This document shows positions 18,247 through 28,386 of a stretch of 32,200 nucleotides of DNA, piece by piece. How positions within the stretch are numbered: position 1 is the stretch's first letter; each line of letters opens with the position of its first letter. The translations under genes and the position numbers were made by a program. The stretch lies in sequence record SRR9188677_212. One strand, 5' to 3'. The notes under the pieces were generated by a model. That model searched no databases. It was not told where the DNA came from and saw only the letters and a list, made by a program, of their open reading frames with translations.

Positions 18247-21200
18247 TTAGAAGGAAACATTGAGACCTAACACAAAAGTGGCAAACAGAGGGAAAGTATC
18301 AGAGCCATTTGTCTCTGGGTCAGTATCTCTGATTGATTTTTCTTTTGTAAATACTAAGGGATTATAAACTGTAGCATAAACTCTGGCTTTATTCATTAAA
18401 GCTAGTTTCCTTGCTTTTTCAGGAAGAGTATAACCTAAAGTAACTGTTTTAAGTTTTACGAAAGAACCATCTACATAGGTTAATGAAGCAATTCCTGTAG
18501 TACTTCCAACACCCGGACGTGGGAAATAAGCCCCTTGATTTTCGGGTGTCCAATAATCAATGCCAGCAGGTTGTCCTTCATCATTGCCACGATACCAACC
18601 TAAAAGCTTACTTTGAATTGTTTGTCCCCAACGAACCATCACAAAAGTACCCAAATCGAAGCCTTTGTAGTTAAAACTATTATTAAGTCCCAATAACCAC
18701 TTTGGAGCTGTTGTTCCTAATATCATTCTATCAGAATCTGCATAAGTATGTACACCACCGTCACTTACGCCATTCACAATTCTTTCATTCGTTGCTACTT
18801 TTACATAGCCTGGTTTTGCACCATATTTTGCGGCTTCTTCCTGTTCTTCAGTTGACCATATTCCTAAGTATTTAAAATCATAAAGTGCTCTAACGGGGTA
18901 TCCTTCGAATAGCCTTTCAGCAATTACATCGCCATCTGGCAAATCAACAATTTTCTCTTGATTTCTGGTAAACGAGAAATTTGAAATCCATTTAAATTTT
19001 GAATTACTGATATTAATCGTTCTTAAACTAATCTCAAATCCTTTGTTATTCGTCACCCCAATATTTTGCCATGTTTGAAGCGGTGAACCCCAAGCAGTTA
19101 TCGCAGCAGTAATTGGCAATGTTCTTCTAAACAAAAGTCCTTTGGTATCTGTATTGTAAAAATCTAGGGATAAATCTATGCGGTTTTTAAAGAGTGATAA
19201 ATCTAATCCAAGATTTAGGTTATAGCTTCTTTCCCATGAAATTTCAGGATTAGAAAAAGTACCAACATTCTGAACGTGTGATACGAGTGCTCCATTAAGT
19301 GATACAGCCTGATAAGTGATGGCTTGCGTTTGAGAAGAATAAGCATCCATTCCTCCTGAGTTTCCAGTAACACCATATCCCGCTCTTAGTTTTAAATCAT
19401 TGATAACTCTTTTGGTTCCAGCCATAAATCCTTCATCAGAGATACGCCATGCACCAGCTACAGCAGGGAAATTACTCCATTTATGTCCTTTTGCTAAATG
19501 TGAAACTCCGTCCCATCTATTGGTGAATGTTAGTAAATATTTCCCTCTGTATGAGTAATTTACTCTTCCTGCAAAAGACAACCTTGTTTTCTTTTGATAA
19601 GAAGAACCTATGCCAAATTTTTGGGTTCCATTACCAATATTATAGAACAAATAGCTGTCTAAATCCTGACCTTGTCCTAATGAATTATTATTTTCAGATC
19701 TGCTATCTGCCCATGATGTGATTCCTGTAATGGTAAAATTATGGTCATCAAGAAATGTTTTATTATATGTTGCTGTATTTTCCCAAATATATCCATAGCC
19801 GTTAGAGTCATTAAGAGTAGCCAATGGTAAGGTATAACCAGAAGGCGGTAATGCCGAAGACTGTTTCCCAATGTATCTACCTTGTCGGCTACTATTTAAT
19901 GTTAATCCAATGTTTGAACGAAAGATTAAACCTTTTACAGGAGTTAATTCCAAATAACTGTTCAATACTCCGTATGTTGAACGAGTATTATCAGCGTATT
20001 GATTTGGAATTTCATCACCAAGTGGTGTTAGCTCTCCATCGATAAATTCTGCATTGATATTTCCAAATTCGTCTCTAGGCTTTCCGAGTGGAAAAGCAGG
20101 AAGTGATTTTGTGAAAATATTATTATTTCTAGCATTTCTTACGGTATAATTTAAGTTAAGATTCGTCCCAACTTTTGCCCAAGTACTGAACGTATGGTCT
20201 AAATTTAACCTTACTCCTCCCCTAGACTGATTCTCTCTTGGCAACAAACCTCCTTCTCTTGTATATAAAAATGAAGTATAAACTTTTGTTTTAGGTCCCG
20301 CTGTAGTGAACGATAAATTATACTTCTCCTGAGTCGCTGAGTTATTAACTAATTCGTCTGTCCAATCTATCCATTGCCCTTCATTGTAAGCATTTAAAAT
20401 ATTGACATTGGTAAAAATCTGAGACATATCGTCAGGATATGCACCGTTGGTGGTTCTATAAAGTTCTCTTCTGTAATTAGCATATTCTTCTCCAATCATA
20501 CTATGAGTATAATGTGGCTTGCCACTTACTCCGTAAAAAGAATCAAAATCAATAGACGTTTTTCCTTCTTTTCCTCTTTTCGTTGTGATAATAATTACCC
20601 CATTTGCACCAGCCGAACCATAAATTGCCGTTGAAGAAGCATCTTTTAAGACATCAATGGTAGCAATATCTGAAGGATTTATTTGCGAATAACTCGCCTG
20701 AATACCATCAACAATATATAAAGGAGAGTTATCTCCATAAACAGAACGATTTCCTCTAAGCAATACATCTGCATCTGTTCCAACCGCCCCCGACAGTCTG
20801 TTAATATCAGCTCCGGCAATTTTTCCTTGCAAAGCTTCCATTACATTATTTACTGGAGTCGCCGTTATATCTGCTTCACGGATAGAAACCACAGAACCAG
20901 TTAAGTCTCTTTTTTTAGCTGTTCCGTATCCAATAACCACTACTTCGTCCAAAGCGTTGTTTTCTACTAATAATTGAGCGTTGAGTACAGATTGATTTCC
21001 AACGTTTTTCTCTATGGATTTATAGCCCACAAAACTGAAAACCAACGTAACGTCTTTGTCGGAAACAGAAAGTTTATAATTTCCCTCTCCATCTGTGGTC
21101 GTTCCCGTGTTTGTCCCTTTTACAACAACATTTACGCCAGGAATACCAACACCACTCTCATCGGTTACTTTACCCGAAACCTGAAAAATAGAAGCAACTG

Positions 21201-21597
21201 TAGACTCTTTAAGTTCTGAAAGCCTTAGCATACTTATCGCATTATCCAGCACTATTTGTCGTCCCGAAACTTCATATTTTAATTTAATAGGTATAAGTAC
21301 TTTATCTAGTACTTCTTTTACTGTTGAATTACTAAGATTAACCGTAATTTTTTGTTCGCTGTCTATCAAACGGGAGCTATATACGAAATGAATATTTGAG
21401 TTCTTTTCGATGATGCGTAATACTTCTTTTACACGCTGGTTATTTACCTTTAGTGTTATCGTTTGGCTTAAGACATCCTGTCCTTTCAATGAAGTAGCAA
21501 ACGAAAGGTTCATAAAAACGGTAATCAGGCAAAGTTGGTAAAAAGTTAACTTCATTGTTTGCCAAATAAAATTGTAAATCTTTAGATTTTTTTTCAT
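18247..21597 (-). CDS. susC: SusC/RagA-family TonB-dependent transducer with N-terminal STN signalling domain
   Basis: N-terminal extension ITLKVNNQRVKEVLRIIEKNSNIHFVYS...VLDKVL..LKYEVSGRQIVL, then LDEVVVIGYG, DIATIDVLKDASSTAIYGSAGANGVIIITTKRG, NPEISWERS, terminal F. Confidence 0.97.
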   Translation of the reverse strand: MKKNLKIYNFIWQTMKLTFYQLCLITVFMNLSFATSLKGQDVLSQTITLKVNNQRVKEVLRIIEKNSNIHFVYSSRLIDSEQKITVNLSNSTVKEVLDKVLIPIKLKYEVSGRQIVLDNAISMLRLSELKESTVASIFQVSGKVTDESGVGIPGVNVVVKGTNTGTTTDGEGNYKLSVSDKDVTLVFSFVGYKSIEKNVGNQSVLNAQLLVENNALDEVVVIGYGTAKKRDLTGSVVSIREADITATPVNNVMEALQGKIAGADINRLSGAVGTDADVLLRGNRSVYGDNSPLYIVDGIQASYSQINPSDIATIDVLKDASSTAIYGSAGANGVIIITTKRGKEGKTSIDFDSFYGVSGKPHYTHSMIGEEYANYRRELYRTTNGAYPDDMSQIFTNVNILNAYNEGQWIDWTDELVNNSATQEKYNLSFTTAGPKTKVYTSFLYTREGGLLPRENQSRGGVRLNLDHTFSTWAKVGTNLNLNYTVRNARNNNIFTKSLPAFPLGKPRDEFGNINAEFIDGELTPLGDEIPNQYADNTRSTYGVLNSYLELTPVKGLIFRSNIGLTLNSSRQGRYIGKQSSALPPSGYTLPLATLNDSNGYGYIWENTATYNKTFLDDHNFTITGITSWADSRSENNNSLGQGQDLDSYLFYNIGNGTQKFGIGSSYQKKTRLSFAGRVNYSYRGKYLLTFTNRWDGVSHLAKGHKWSNFPAVAGAWRISDEGFMAGTKRVINDLKLRAGYGVTGNSGGMDAYSSQTQAITYQAVSLNGALVSHVQNVGTFSNPEISWERSYNLNLGLDLSLFKNRIDLSLDFYNTDTKGLLFRRTLPITAAITAWGSPLQTWQNIGVTNNKGFEISLRTINISNSKFKWISNFSFTRNQEKIVDLPDGDVIAERLFEGYPVRALYDFKYLGIWSTEEQEEAAKYGAKPGYVKVATNERIVNGVSDGGVHTYADSDRMILGTTAPKWLLGLNNSFNYKGFDLGTFVMVRWGQTIQSKLLGWYRGNDEGQPAGIDYWTPENQGAYFPRPGVGSTTGIASLTYVDGSFVKLKTVTLGYTLPEKARKLALMNKARVYATVYNPLVFTKEKSIRDTDPETNGSDTFPLFATFVLGLNVSF

Positions 21598-21633
21598 ACA
21601 TTAGTACGTTAAAAATGGAAAATTTTGACATAG

Positions 21634-21701
21634 ACATCCTGTAATTCCGCCCAAGGAATTGGATGTTACTGAGCCGATAAACGTAGGACTTTATCGGCTC
21701 A
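21634..21701 (-). promoter_or_regulatory. Tandem double hairpin in the fecR-susC intergenic leader
   Basis: On the mRNA strand: TGAGCCGATAAA-N8-TTTATCGGCTCA, then GTA, then ACATCC-AATTCC-TTGGGC-GGAATT-ACA-GGATGT. GC-rich against an AT-rich background. Confidence 0.65.
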
Positions 21702-21790
21702 TCCTTTAAATAATACTTTGGTTTGGCTTGTTACATAGGCAATTGCATTGTTATATTTCCTTATTATTCTATCAATATTTATGGCAAAGC

Positions 21791-22897
21791 TTATCTGCAA
21801 CCTGTACCTGTTACAAGTATTTTATCATCGCTAGTTTTGCGATAATCTGCATGAACTGCTTTACAAATAAGTTTTAATTTTTCAGTCAAGGGTTCATCCG
21901 TCAATGAAGCAGTAATGGGACAAGAACCCAATACAGCATCATCATAAATAATGTCTATTTGATAGGCTTTTTCAATGCGTTTAAAAATATCTCTGACATT
22001 TGTTTCTTCAAATTCAAATGACATTTGCTCTATAGGTGCTTCAATTTGAGTTTTAACAAATGCTTCGGTTGGATTTACTTGTGTAATCTGATTTTTTTCA
22101 AAAACAGCTTTTTCTCCTTTCTCAAGTACAATTCCAGTTAGTTCTTTATGTTGTTCTTGTTCGGTTGCTTCTTCCGTTCCAGTTTTGAAGATGGCGACCT
22201 TTCCCGTTTTTACAGATACTACAATCTTTTGTGTTGGATAAGCACTTATGTTAAAACTTGTTCCAAGTACTTTGGTCGTGATTTGGTTGGCATGAACATA
22301 AAATGGCTTATTAGCATCTTTGGCTATTTCAAAAAACGCTTCGCCCGTCAAATACACTTCTCGCTTCTTTTCTGAAAAATTACTTGGATACGAAAGCTTT
22401 GTTCCTTCTTTCAACAAAATCGAACTCCCATCTGGTAAGTTGACCAGTTTTAGTGAAGTTGAAATATTTTCTACTTCTACCAATTCATATTGTTTGGAAG
22501 CCGATACAATTTGGTTTTCGTAAGAATTGATTGATTTTGAAGAATTTTGAAGAAAATAGGACGATAAAAAAAACGCCAACCCAGCAACGGCGGCGGCTGA
22601 AGCCCAATACCAAATTTTGTAAGATTTAACAGTAATTGTTTGCTCTATTTGTTCTATTCTTTCAAAAATAGATTCTTTAAGTGCTTTAATTTCTGTATTT
22701 GATACATCTGTTTCAACTACTTGGTTCGCCAACATCACAAGTTGGATGGCTACTTCAAGGTCTTCTCTTTTAGATGGATTTGTACTTAGCCAATTTTGCC
22801 AAAAATTTTCTGAAGATGAATTAGGCGTAGTTACCCATTGGATGAAAAAATCATCCTTAGCAAGTTCTTCTGGGGAGTAATGTAAGTAACTTCTCAT
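21791..22897 (-). CDS. fecR: FecR-family anti-sigma factor / transmembrane sensor
   Basis: N-terminal EELAKDDFFIQWV..FWQNWL, TM WYWASAAAVAGLAFF, LPDGSSILL, REVYLTGEAFFEIAKD..PFYV, TKVLGTSFNI, C-terminal DUF4974-like domain. Confidence 0.95.
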   Translation of the reverse strand: MRSYLHYSPEELAKDDFFIQWVTTPNSSSENFWQNWLSTNPSKREDLEVAIQLVMLANQVVETDVSNTEIKALKESIFERIEQIEQTITVKSYKIWYWASAAAVAGLAFFLSSYFLQNSSKSINSYENQIVSASKQYELVEVENISTSLKLVNLPDGSSILLKEGTKLSYPSNFSEKKREVYLTGEAFFEIAKDANKPFYVHANQITTKVLGTSFNISAYPTQKIVVSVKTGKVAIFKTGTEEATEQEQHKELTGIVLEKGEKAVFEKNQITQVNPTEAFVKTQIEAPIEQMSFEFEETNVRDIFKRIEKAYQIDIIYDDAVLGSCPITASLTDEPLTEKLKLICKAVHADYRKTSDDKILVTGTGCR

Positions 22898-22991
22898 TTA
22901 GTATTAATTCTAGGAATTATTGTCCTTTATAAGTACAGAGAAGTTTTTTTGATTTTACTACCAAAAGAAATGTGATTTTTTTTTGATTTTT

Positions 22992-23579
22992 TTAAATAAA
23001 TATAATCCAGATGAGCAAAACAATCATGATAGATAGTTTTTTACGAAGTTTACCAAGCGCATTTTGAAGAGTATTGGCTACAGTTTGTTCTTTTAAATCT
23101 AGGAGTTCGGCGATTTCCCTGATTTTGAGATTCGAATAATATTTGAGCGTAATAATTTCACGTTCTCTTTCAGATAATGCTTTCAGAGATTCTTGAATCT
23201 GTACTTGTTGATGATTTTCTGTTTCAAGGTCACAAAAAGCGGTTTCTGGTGAAATCTCTGCATCGAACGAATAAGCATCATCTAAATTTTCTCCTGTAGA
23301 AAGTTCCTCTTTCATCAACCTAACCACTGTTCTTCTCAAAGAACGATACAGATAAAATCGTACTTGAACATCTTCTGTAAGGTTATTTCTATATTGCCAA
23401 ATATCAACAAATACATCCTGAACAGCATCTTTAGCCAAGGATTTGTCTAGTGAAATTTTGTAAGCATAAGTAATCAATTCTCGACTAAGTGCATCAAACA
23501 ATGCTCCTAAGGCACTTTTATCCCCTTTGATAATTTCTTGCCAAAGTGCTTCTAGTGAGGGCAAATCATTCTTCTCCAT
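22992..23579 (-). CDS. ECF sigma-70 factor (Bacteroidota FecI-like)
   Basis: Region 2 AKDAVQDVFVDIW, region 4 LSEREREIITLKYYSNLKIREIAELL, hydrophobic C-terminal tail; directly upstream of fecR. Confidence 0.95.
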   Translation of the reverse strand: MEKNDLPSLEALWQEIIKGDKSALGALFDALSRELITYAYKISLDKSLAKDAVQDVFVDIWQYRNNLTEDVQVRFYLYRSLRRTVVRLMKEELSTGENLDDAYSFDAEISPETAFCDLETENHQQVQIQESLKALSEREREIITLKYYSNLKIREIAELLDLKEQTVANTLQNALGKLRKKLSIMIVLLIWIIFI

Positions 23580-23659
23580 TTAGATATTGAATTGGTACAA
23601 TTTATACTTTGTTTAATTATAAAGGTTAAAAAGCAAGGATTATACTTAAATCACTTTTC

Positions 23660-23667
23660 CAAATTTA
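23660..23667 (-). promoter_or_regulatory. Candidate -7 element (TAAATTTG) for the ECF sigma gene
   Basis: Exact TAnnTTTG on the minus strand, about 80 nt upstream of ATG 23579. Confidence 0.4.
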
Positions 23668-23757
23668 ATTTTCTTACTGTTTTACATTTAAATGCAAAAG
23701 AACAATTTTTTCTGGCTAAGCTACTATTTCTTAGATTTTTACTTCACGAATTCGTTT

Positions 23758-23783
23758 CGGCAACGTTGCCGGCAACGATTGCA
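23758..23783. promoter_or_regulatory. Tandem LacI-type operator (CGGCAACGTTGCCG plus GCAACGATTGC)
   Basis: Perfect 14-bp CG-centred palindrome overlapping a second imperfect one; a GC-rich island in the divergent sigma/GH28 intergenic region. Confidence 0.7.
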
Positions 23784-23925
23784 CAAAAAAAGATAAAATT
23801 TTGTTTGCTAAATCCAATATACCGACTGAATATTGAAGCTTGCTAAGCTAAAAATCTCACTAATTCTTACCTTTTCACTTCCTGAAATTTTGATTATTTG
23901 TATAAGTATCGTAAAATATAACATC

Positions 23926-25581
23926 ATGAAAAAAAGAATCTCTTTGTTAATTGCCATTTCATCGGCAATGTTTTGTAATAGTCTTGTAGCGCAAAAAACG
24001 CCTACTTATAGTTGGAAAAATCTTCCAAAAATCATCCAACCAACTTTTGCAAAAGATACTTTTAATGTCACCAAATTTGGAGCAAAACCTGATGGTATTA
24101 CTTTAAATACTCAGGCAATTAATGATGCCATTACTGCTTGTAGCAAGAAAGGCGGTGGCGTAGTACTTGTGCCAAATGGCATGTGGCTGACTGGTCCAAT
24201 TGTGCTAAAAAGTAATGTAAACTTACACATCAGGAAAGCCGCAACGCTCTTATTTACGGAAGATAAAAGTCAGTATCCATTGGTTGAAGGAAGCTATGAA
24301 GGTAAAAGTGCAGCAAGAAATCAATCCCCAATTTCTGCAACGAATCAAGAAAATATAGCCATTACTGGACAAGGAATTATAGATGGAAGTGGTGATGTTT
24401 GGCGTGCAGTAAATAAAGCGCAATTGACTGAATCAGAGTGGAATGCTAAGAAAGCATCAGGCGGAGTTTTAAAAGCAAATGGACTTACGTGGTATCCTAG
24501 CGAACAATTCATGAAAGCTAGTGTAGAAAACAGAAGTATGTTGTTGAAAGATGGCGTATCACTTCAAAGTTTTGCCGATATGAAAGATTTCCTTCGTCCT
24601 AATTTGTTGGTAATCACTAAATGCAAAAAAGTATTACTTGAAGGCGTTACTTTCCAAAATTCACCCGCTTGGTGTTTGCATCCATTGATGTCCGAAAATC
24701 TTACGCTTCGTAATTTAACCATCAAAAATCCAGAATATGCCCATAATGGCGACGGCATGGATATTGAATCTTGTAAAAACTTTTTGGTGGATGGTTGTAC
24801 AATTGATGTTGGCGACGATGCCATTTGTATTAAATCGGGGAAAGATGAAGAAGGTCGTAAAAGAGGTATGCCTACAGAAAACGGAATCATCAGAAATTGT
24901 ATCGTTTACAATGGTCACGGAGGTTTTGTTGTTGGAAGTGAGATGAGTGGCGGAGCAAGAAATATTTTTGTCTATGACTGTACTTTTGCTGGCACAGACA
25001 AGGGCTTACGTTTCAAATCAGTAAGAGGAAGAGGTGGCATTGTTGAAAATATTTATGCCAAAAATATCTTTATGAAAGACATAGCACAAGAAGCTATTTT
25101 CTTTGATATGTACTATTTCGTAAAATTCGCAACAGATAGCCCACGTGACGAACGACCTGTCGTAAATGAAGGAACTCCGATTTTCAGAAATATGAAATTT
25201 GAGAACATTGTTTGTAAAGGAGCAAATAAAGGCATTTTTGTACGTGGATTATCTGAAATGCCTATTCAGAATATTCAAATGAGCAACATTGTTTTAGACA
25301 CTAAAATCGGTGCAGAATTCATAGATGCAAGTAATATTACTCTTGAAAAAGTTACACTCATTTCAGAAAACACAAAACCTGTTATTTCAGTTAATAACAG
25401 TGATGGTTTAACTTTCAATACGATACAATATAAAGCCAATGCTGAATTGCTTTTTGCTATCGCTGGCGAGCGTAGCAAGGCTATTCAAATCCTACAAACT
25501 GATAGCAGTAAAGCTCAAAAACAAATTGAATTTACAGAAGGTGCTACCAAAGAGGCGATTACTGTAAGCACAGGAAAATAA
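23926..25581 (+). CDS. GH28 polygalacturonase / galacturonidase
   Basis: Start moved to ATG 23926 (MKKRISLLIAISSAMFCNSLVA|Q). Motifs HNGDG.D, GDDAICIKSG, GHGG.VVGSEMSGG, GLRFKS.RGRGG. Confidence 0.95.
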   Translation: MKKRISLLIAISSAMFCNSLVAQKTPTYSWKNLPKIIQPTFAKDTFNVTKFGAKPDGITLNTQAINDAITACSKKGGGVVLVPNGMWLTGPIVLKSNVNLHIRKAATLLFTEDKSQYPLVEGSYEGKSAARNQSPISATNQENIAITGQGIIDGSGDVWRAVNKAQLTESEWNAKKASGGVLKANGLTWYPSEQFMKASVENRSMLLKDGVSLQSFADMKDFLRPNLLVITKCKKVLLEGVTFQNSPAWCLHPLMSENLTLRNLTIKNPEYAHNGDGMDIESCKNFLVDGCTIDVGDDAICIKSGKDEEGRKRGMPTENGIIRNCIVYNGHGGFVVGSEMSGGARNIFVYDCTFAGTDKGLRFKSVRGRGGIVENIYAKNIFMKDIAQEAIFFDMYYFVKFATDSPRDERPVVNEGTPIFRNMKFENIVCKGANKGIFVRGLSEMPIQNIQMSNIVLDTKIGAEFIDASNITLEKVTLISENTKPVISVNNSDGLTFNTIQYKANAELLFAIAGERSKAIQILQTDSSKAQKQIEFTEGATKEAITVSTGK

Positions 25582-25606
25582 CGCAATTTGTCTTTAATCT
25601 ATCATC

Positions 25607-26632
25607 ATGAAAATCCTTATTTATTTAGGTATGCTGTTGAGTACTATCGGAGTATTTGCCCAAAATAAAACGGCAAATACTCCTAAGTATCCAACTTCTT
25701 TTACCGTTGCCAAAGATGGAAGCGGCGACTTCAAAAGTATTCAAGAGGCTGTTAATAGCTTCCGAGACCATTCTCAAGTACGAGTAAAACTGTATATTAA
25801 AAATGGTATTTATGAAGAAAAAGTGGCCATTCCATCATGGAAACCAAATATTCATATCATTGGCGAAAGTAAAGATGGCGTAATCATTACTGGCAATGAT
25901 TTTTCTGGAAAGCCTTATCCAAATGGTTTAAAAGACGCTACTGGAAAAGATAAATTCAGTACTTATACTTCACACACAGTACTGGTTGATGCACCAGATA
26001 TTATTATTGAAAACCTGACGATTCAAAATACTGCTGGATGTGTAGGACAAGCGGTAGCACTTCATGTAGAAGGCGACCGATTTGTCTGTAAAAATTGTAT
26101 TTTACTAGGCAATCAAGATACGCTTTACGTTGCCAGAGAAGGCACAAAACAGTATTTTCAGAATTGTCATATTGAAGGAACGGTAGATTTTATTTTTGGT
26201 AAATCTACTGCTGTTTTTCAATCATGTACGCTAAAAAGTTTATCAAATTCCTATTTAACGGCTGCGGCTACTCCACCCTATCAAGCTTTTGGTTTTGTGT
26301 TTTTTGATTGTAAGCTGATTGCTGATTCAACTGCCCAAAAAGTATATCTTGGTCGTCCGTGGCGACCACATGCTAAAACCGTTTTTATCAGAACAGCGAT
26401 GGGCAAACATATTACTCCCGCTGGATGGGATAATTGGGGAAATAGCGAAAATGAAAAAACTGTTATTTATGCTGAATATCAATCTACTGGCGAAGGCGCA
26501 AAACCAGAACAAAGAGTCGCTTGGTCTAAACAATTCAACAATAAAATCTTAAAACAGTATTCTCTAGCAAACATTTTTGCGAACGATAATCCTGAAAAAC
26601 CTGAGTCGAGCAATTGGTTTATCATTCAATAA
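25607..26632 (+). CDS. Pectin methylesterase (CE8)
   Basis: VAKDGSGDF.SIQEAV, GIYEEKV, GQAVALHV, GNQDTLY, IEGTVDFIFG, YLGRPWR, YAEY; signal peptide. Confidence 0.96.
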   Translation: MKILIYLGMLLSTIGVFAQNKTANTPKYPTSFTVAKDGSGDFKSIQEAVNSFRDHSQVRVKLYIKNGIYEEKVAIPSWKPNIHIIGESKDGVIITGNDFSGKPYPNGLKDATGKDKFSTYTSHTVLVDAPDIIIENLTIQNTAGCVGQAVALHVEGDRFVCKNCILLGNQDTLYVAREGTKQYFQNCHIEGTVDFIFGKSTAVFQSCTLKSLSNSYLTAAATPPYQAFGFVFFDCKLIADSTAQKVYLGRPWRPHAKTVFIRTAMGKHITPAGWDNWGNSENEKTVIYAEYQSTGEGAKPEQRVAWSKQFNNKILKQYSLANIFANDNPEKPESSNWFIIQ

Positions 26633-26732
26633 ATCAGTTGAAGAGTTGAAGATATAAACTATAAGTATTTTCAGTTAAATTCTCAGTATTAATCAATTAT
26701 ACGAATACTTATCTCTCAAAATTAAAAGAACT

Positions 26733-28385
26733 ATGAAGTTAAAAATTGCAACAATCCTAGCGTTAAATCTGGGAATGGGCATCAGCCATATTAATGCACA
26801 GACAAAAAATACTGTTTCTAAAGTTTGGGTGGCTGATTTAGGAAATGGGAAATACAAAAATCCTGTCATCGATGCCGATTATTCCGACCCTGACGCTTGT
26901 CGGGTTGGTTCAGATTTTTATATGGTTGCCTCAAGTTTTGATGCCGTGCCGGGTTTACCGATTTTACATTCTAAAGATTTAGTTAATTGGACGATTATTG
27001 GTCACGCACTAAAACGTCAACCTCCTTACGAACATTTTTCTAAAACTCAACACGGCAATGGTGTTTGGGCACCTGCGATTCGTTACCATAATGGCGAATT
27101 TATGATTTATTATCCAGACCCAGATTTCGGTATTTATTTAACCAAAAGTAAAAATCCAACTGGTCCTTGGTCAGAACCACTTTTAATAGAAGGAGGAAAA
27201 GGACTTATCGACCCATGTCCATTTTGGGATGATAATGGCGAAGCCTACTTGGCACATGGTTGGGCTGGAAGTCGTGCGGGTATCAAAAGTATTTTAACCA
27301 TCAAAAAATTAAGTGCAGATGGCACAAAAGTATTAGACGAAGGTACAATCGTTTATGACGGACACGAAACCGACCCAACTATTGAAGGTCCAAAAATGTA
27401 CAAACGCAATGGCTATTACTACATCTTTGCTCCTGCTGGTGGCGTTTCTACGGGTTGGCAATTGGTATTGCGTTCAAAAAATATCTATGGCCCTTATGAA
27501 CGTAAAGTTGTGATGGATCAAGGTTCATCGCCAATTAATGGTCCCCATCAAGGTGCATGGGTAAATACTCCGCAAGGTGAAGATTGGTTTCTTCATTTTC
27601 AAGACAAAGGCGTTTATGGCAGAGTAGTGCATTTACAACCGATGAAATGGCTGAACGACTGGCCAATAATTGGCATCGACAAAGATGGCGACGGAACAGG
27701 CGAGCCTGTTTTGACCTATCAAAAGCCCAATGTTGGAAAAACCTATCCAATAAGTACTCCCGCAGAATCTGATGAATTTGATGAATCTACTTTGGGTTTG
27801 CAATGGCAATGGCAGGCTAATCCCAAAGGTATTTGGCATACCACCAGTAAACAAGGATTTTTGAGGCTGTATTCTTTTCAAGCACCTAGCGAAGCAAAAA
27901 ATTGTTGGGAAATACCCAATATCTTATTACAGAAATTCCCGACAGAGGAATTCATGGTAACAACCAAACTGAATTTTAAACCTAATCCTAAAATTGATTC
28001 TGAAAAAGTAGCCTTGATTATTTTAGGTAAAAACTACACAAATTTAGGTTTAAGAAGTAGCAAAGAAGGCATCAATTTAGTATTGGGAGAATGTATCAAA
28101 GCCATAGATAAAGCGCCCGAAACAGAAAAAATCATTACTCGTATCGAGCAGAATAAAGCTATTTATTTGCGTGTAAAAGTAAACAAAGGTGCTATTTGTC
28201 AATTCAGTTATAGCCTTGATGGACAAACATTTATCAATGCTGGCAGTGAATTTAAAGCAGAAGTTGGTCATTGGATTGGCGCAAAAATGGGAATTTATTG
28301 TACTAGAAATAACCAAACTAATGATGCTGGCTATGCCGATTTCGACTGGTTTAGAGTAACACCAATTGCTGATACAAAATATTAA
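26733..28385 (+). CDS. GH43 beta-xylosidase / alpha-L-arabinofuranosidase with C-terminal beta-sandwich
   Basis: NPVI.ADYSDPD, ILHSKDLVNW, VWAPAIRYH, IDPCPFWDD, TIEGPKMYKRNGYYYIF, PHQG, C-terminal DEFD..LGLQWQW...ADFDWFR. Confidence 0.93.
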   Translation: MKLKIATILALNLGMGISHINAQTKNTVSKVWVADLGNGKYKNPVIDADYSDPDACRVGSDFYMVASSFDAVPGLPILHSKDLVNWTIIGHALKRQPPYEHFSKTQHGNGVWAPAIRYHNGEFMIYYPDPDFGIYLTKSKNPTGPWSEPLLIEGGKGLIDPCPFWDDNGEAYLAHGWAGSRAGIKSILTIKKLSADGTKVLDEGTIVYDGHETDPTIEGPKMYKRNGYYYIFAPAGGVSTGWQLVLRSKNIYGPYERKVVMDQGSSPINGPHQGAWVNTPQGEDWFLHFQDKGVYGRVVHLQPMKWLNDWPIIGIDKDGDGTGEPVLTYQKPNVGKTYPISTPAESDEFDESTLGLQWQWQANPKGIWHTTSKQGFLRLYSFQAPSEAKNCWEIPNILLQKFPTEEFMVTTKLNFKPNPKIDSEKVALIILGKNYTNLGLRSSKEGINLVLGECIKAIDKAPETEKIITRIEQNKAIYLRVKVNKGAICQFSYSLDGQTFINAGSEFKAEVGHWIGAKMGIYCTRNNQTNDAGYADFDWFRVTPIADTKY

Positions 28386-28386
28386 A

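Noticed and set aside
21440-21637. Leader peptide ORF overlapping the susC start
   Set aside because: Out-of-frame overlap with susC, with no informative codon runs or attenuator U-tract
23592-23925. ORF 23592-23846 and the TTG-start extension of GH28 from 23833
   Set aside because: They run through the divergent promoter and operator region with low-complexity translation; ATG 23926 gives a clean signal peptide
26636-26652. AGTTGAAG direct repeat after CE8
   Set aside because: Two 8-bp copies only; not distinguishable from chance
28366-28386. GH105 start at 28366 overlapping GH43
   Set aside because: ATG 28387 or 28399 immediately follows the GH43 stop and places the RR motif normally
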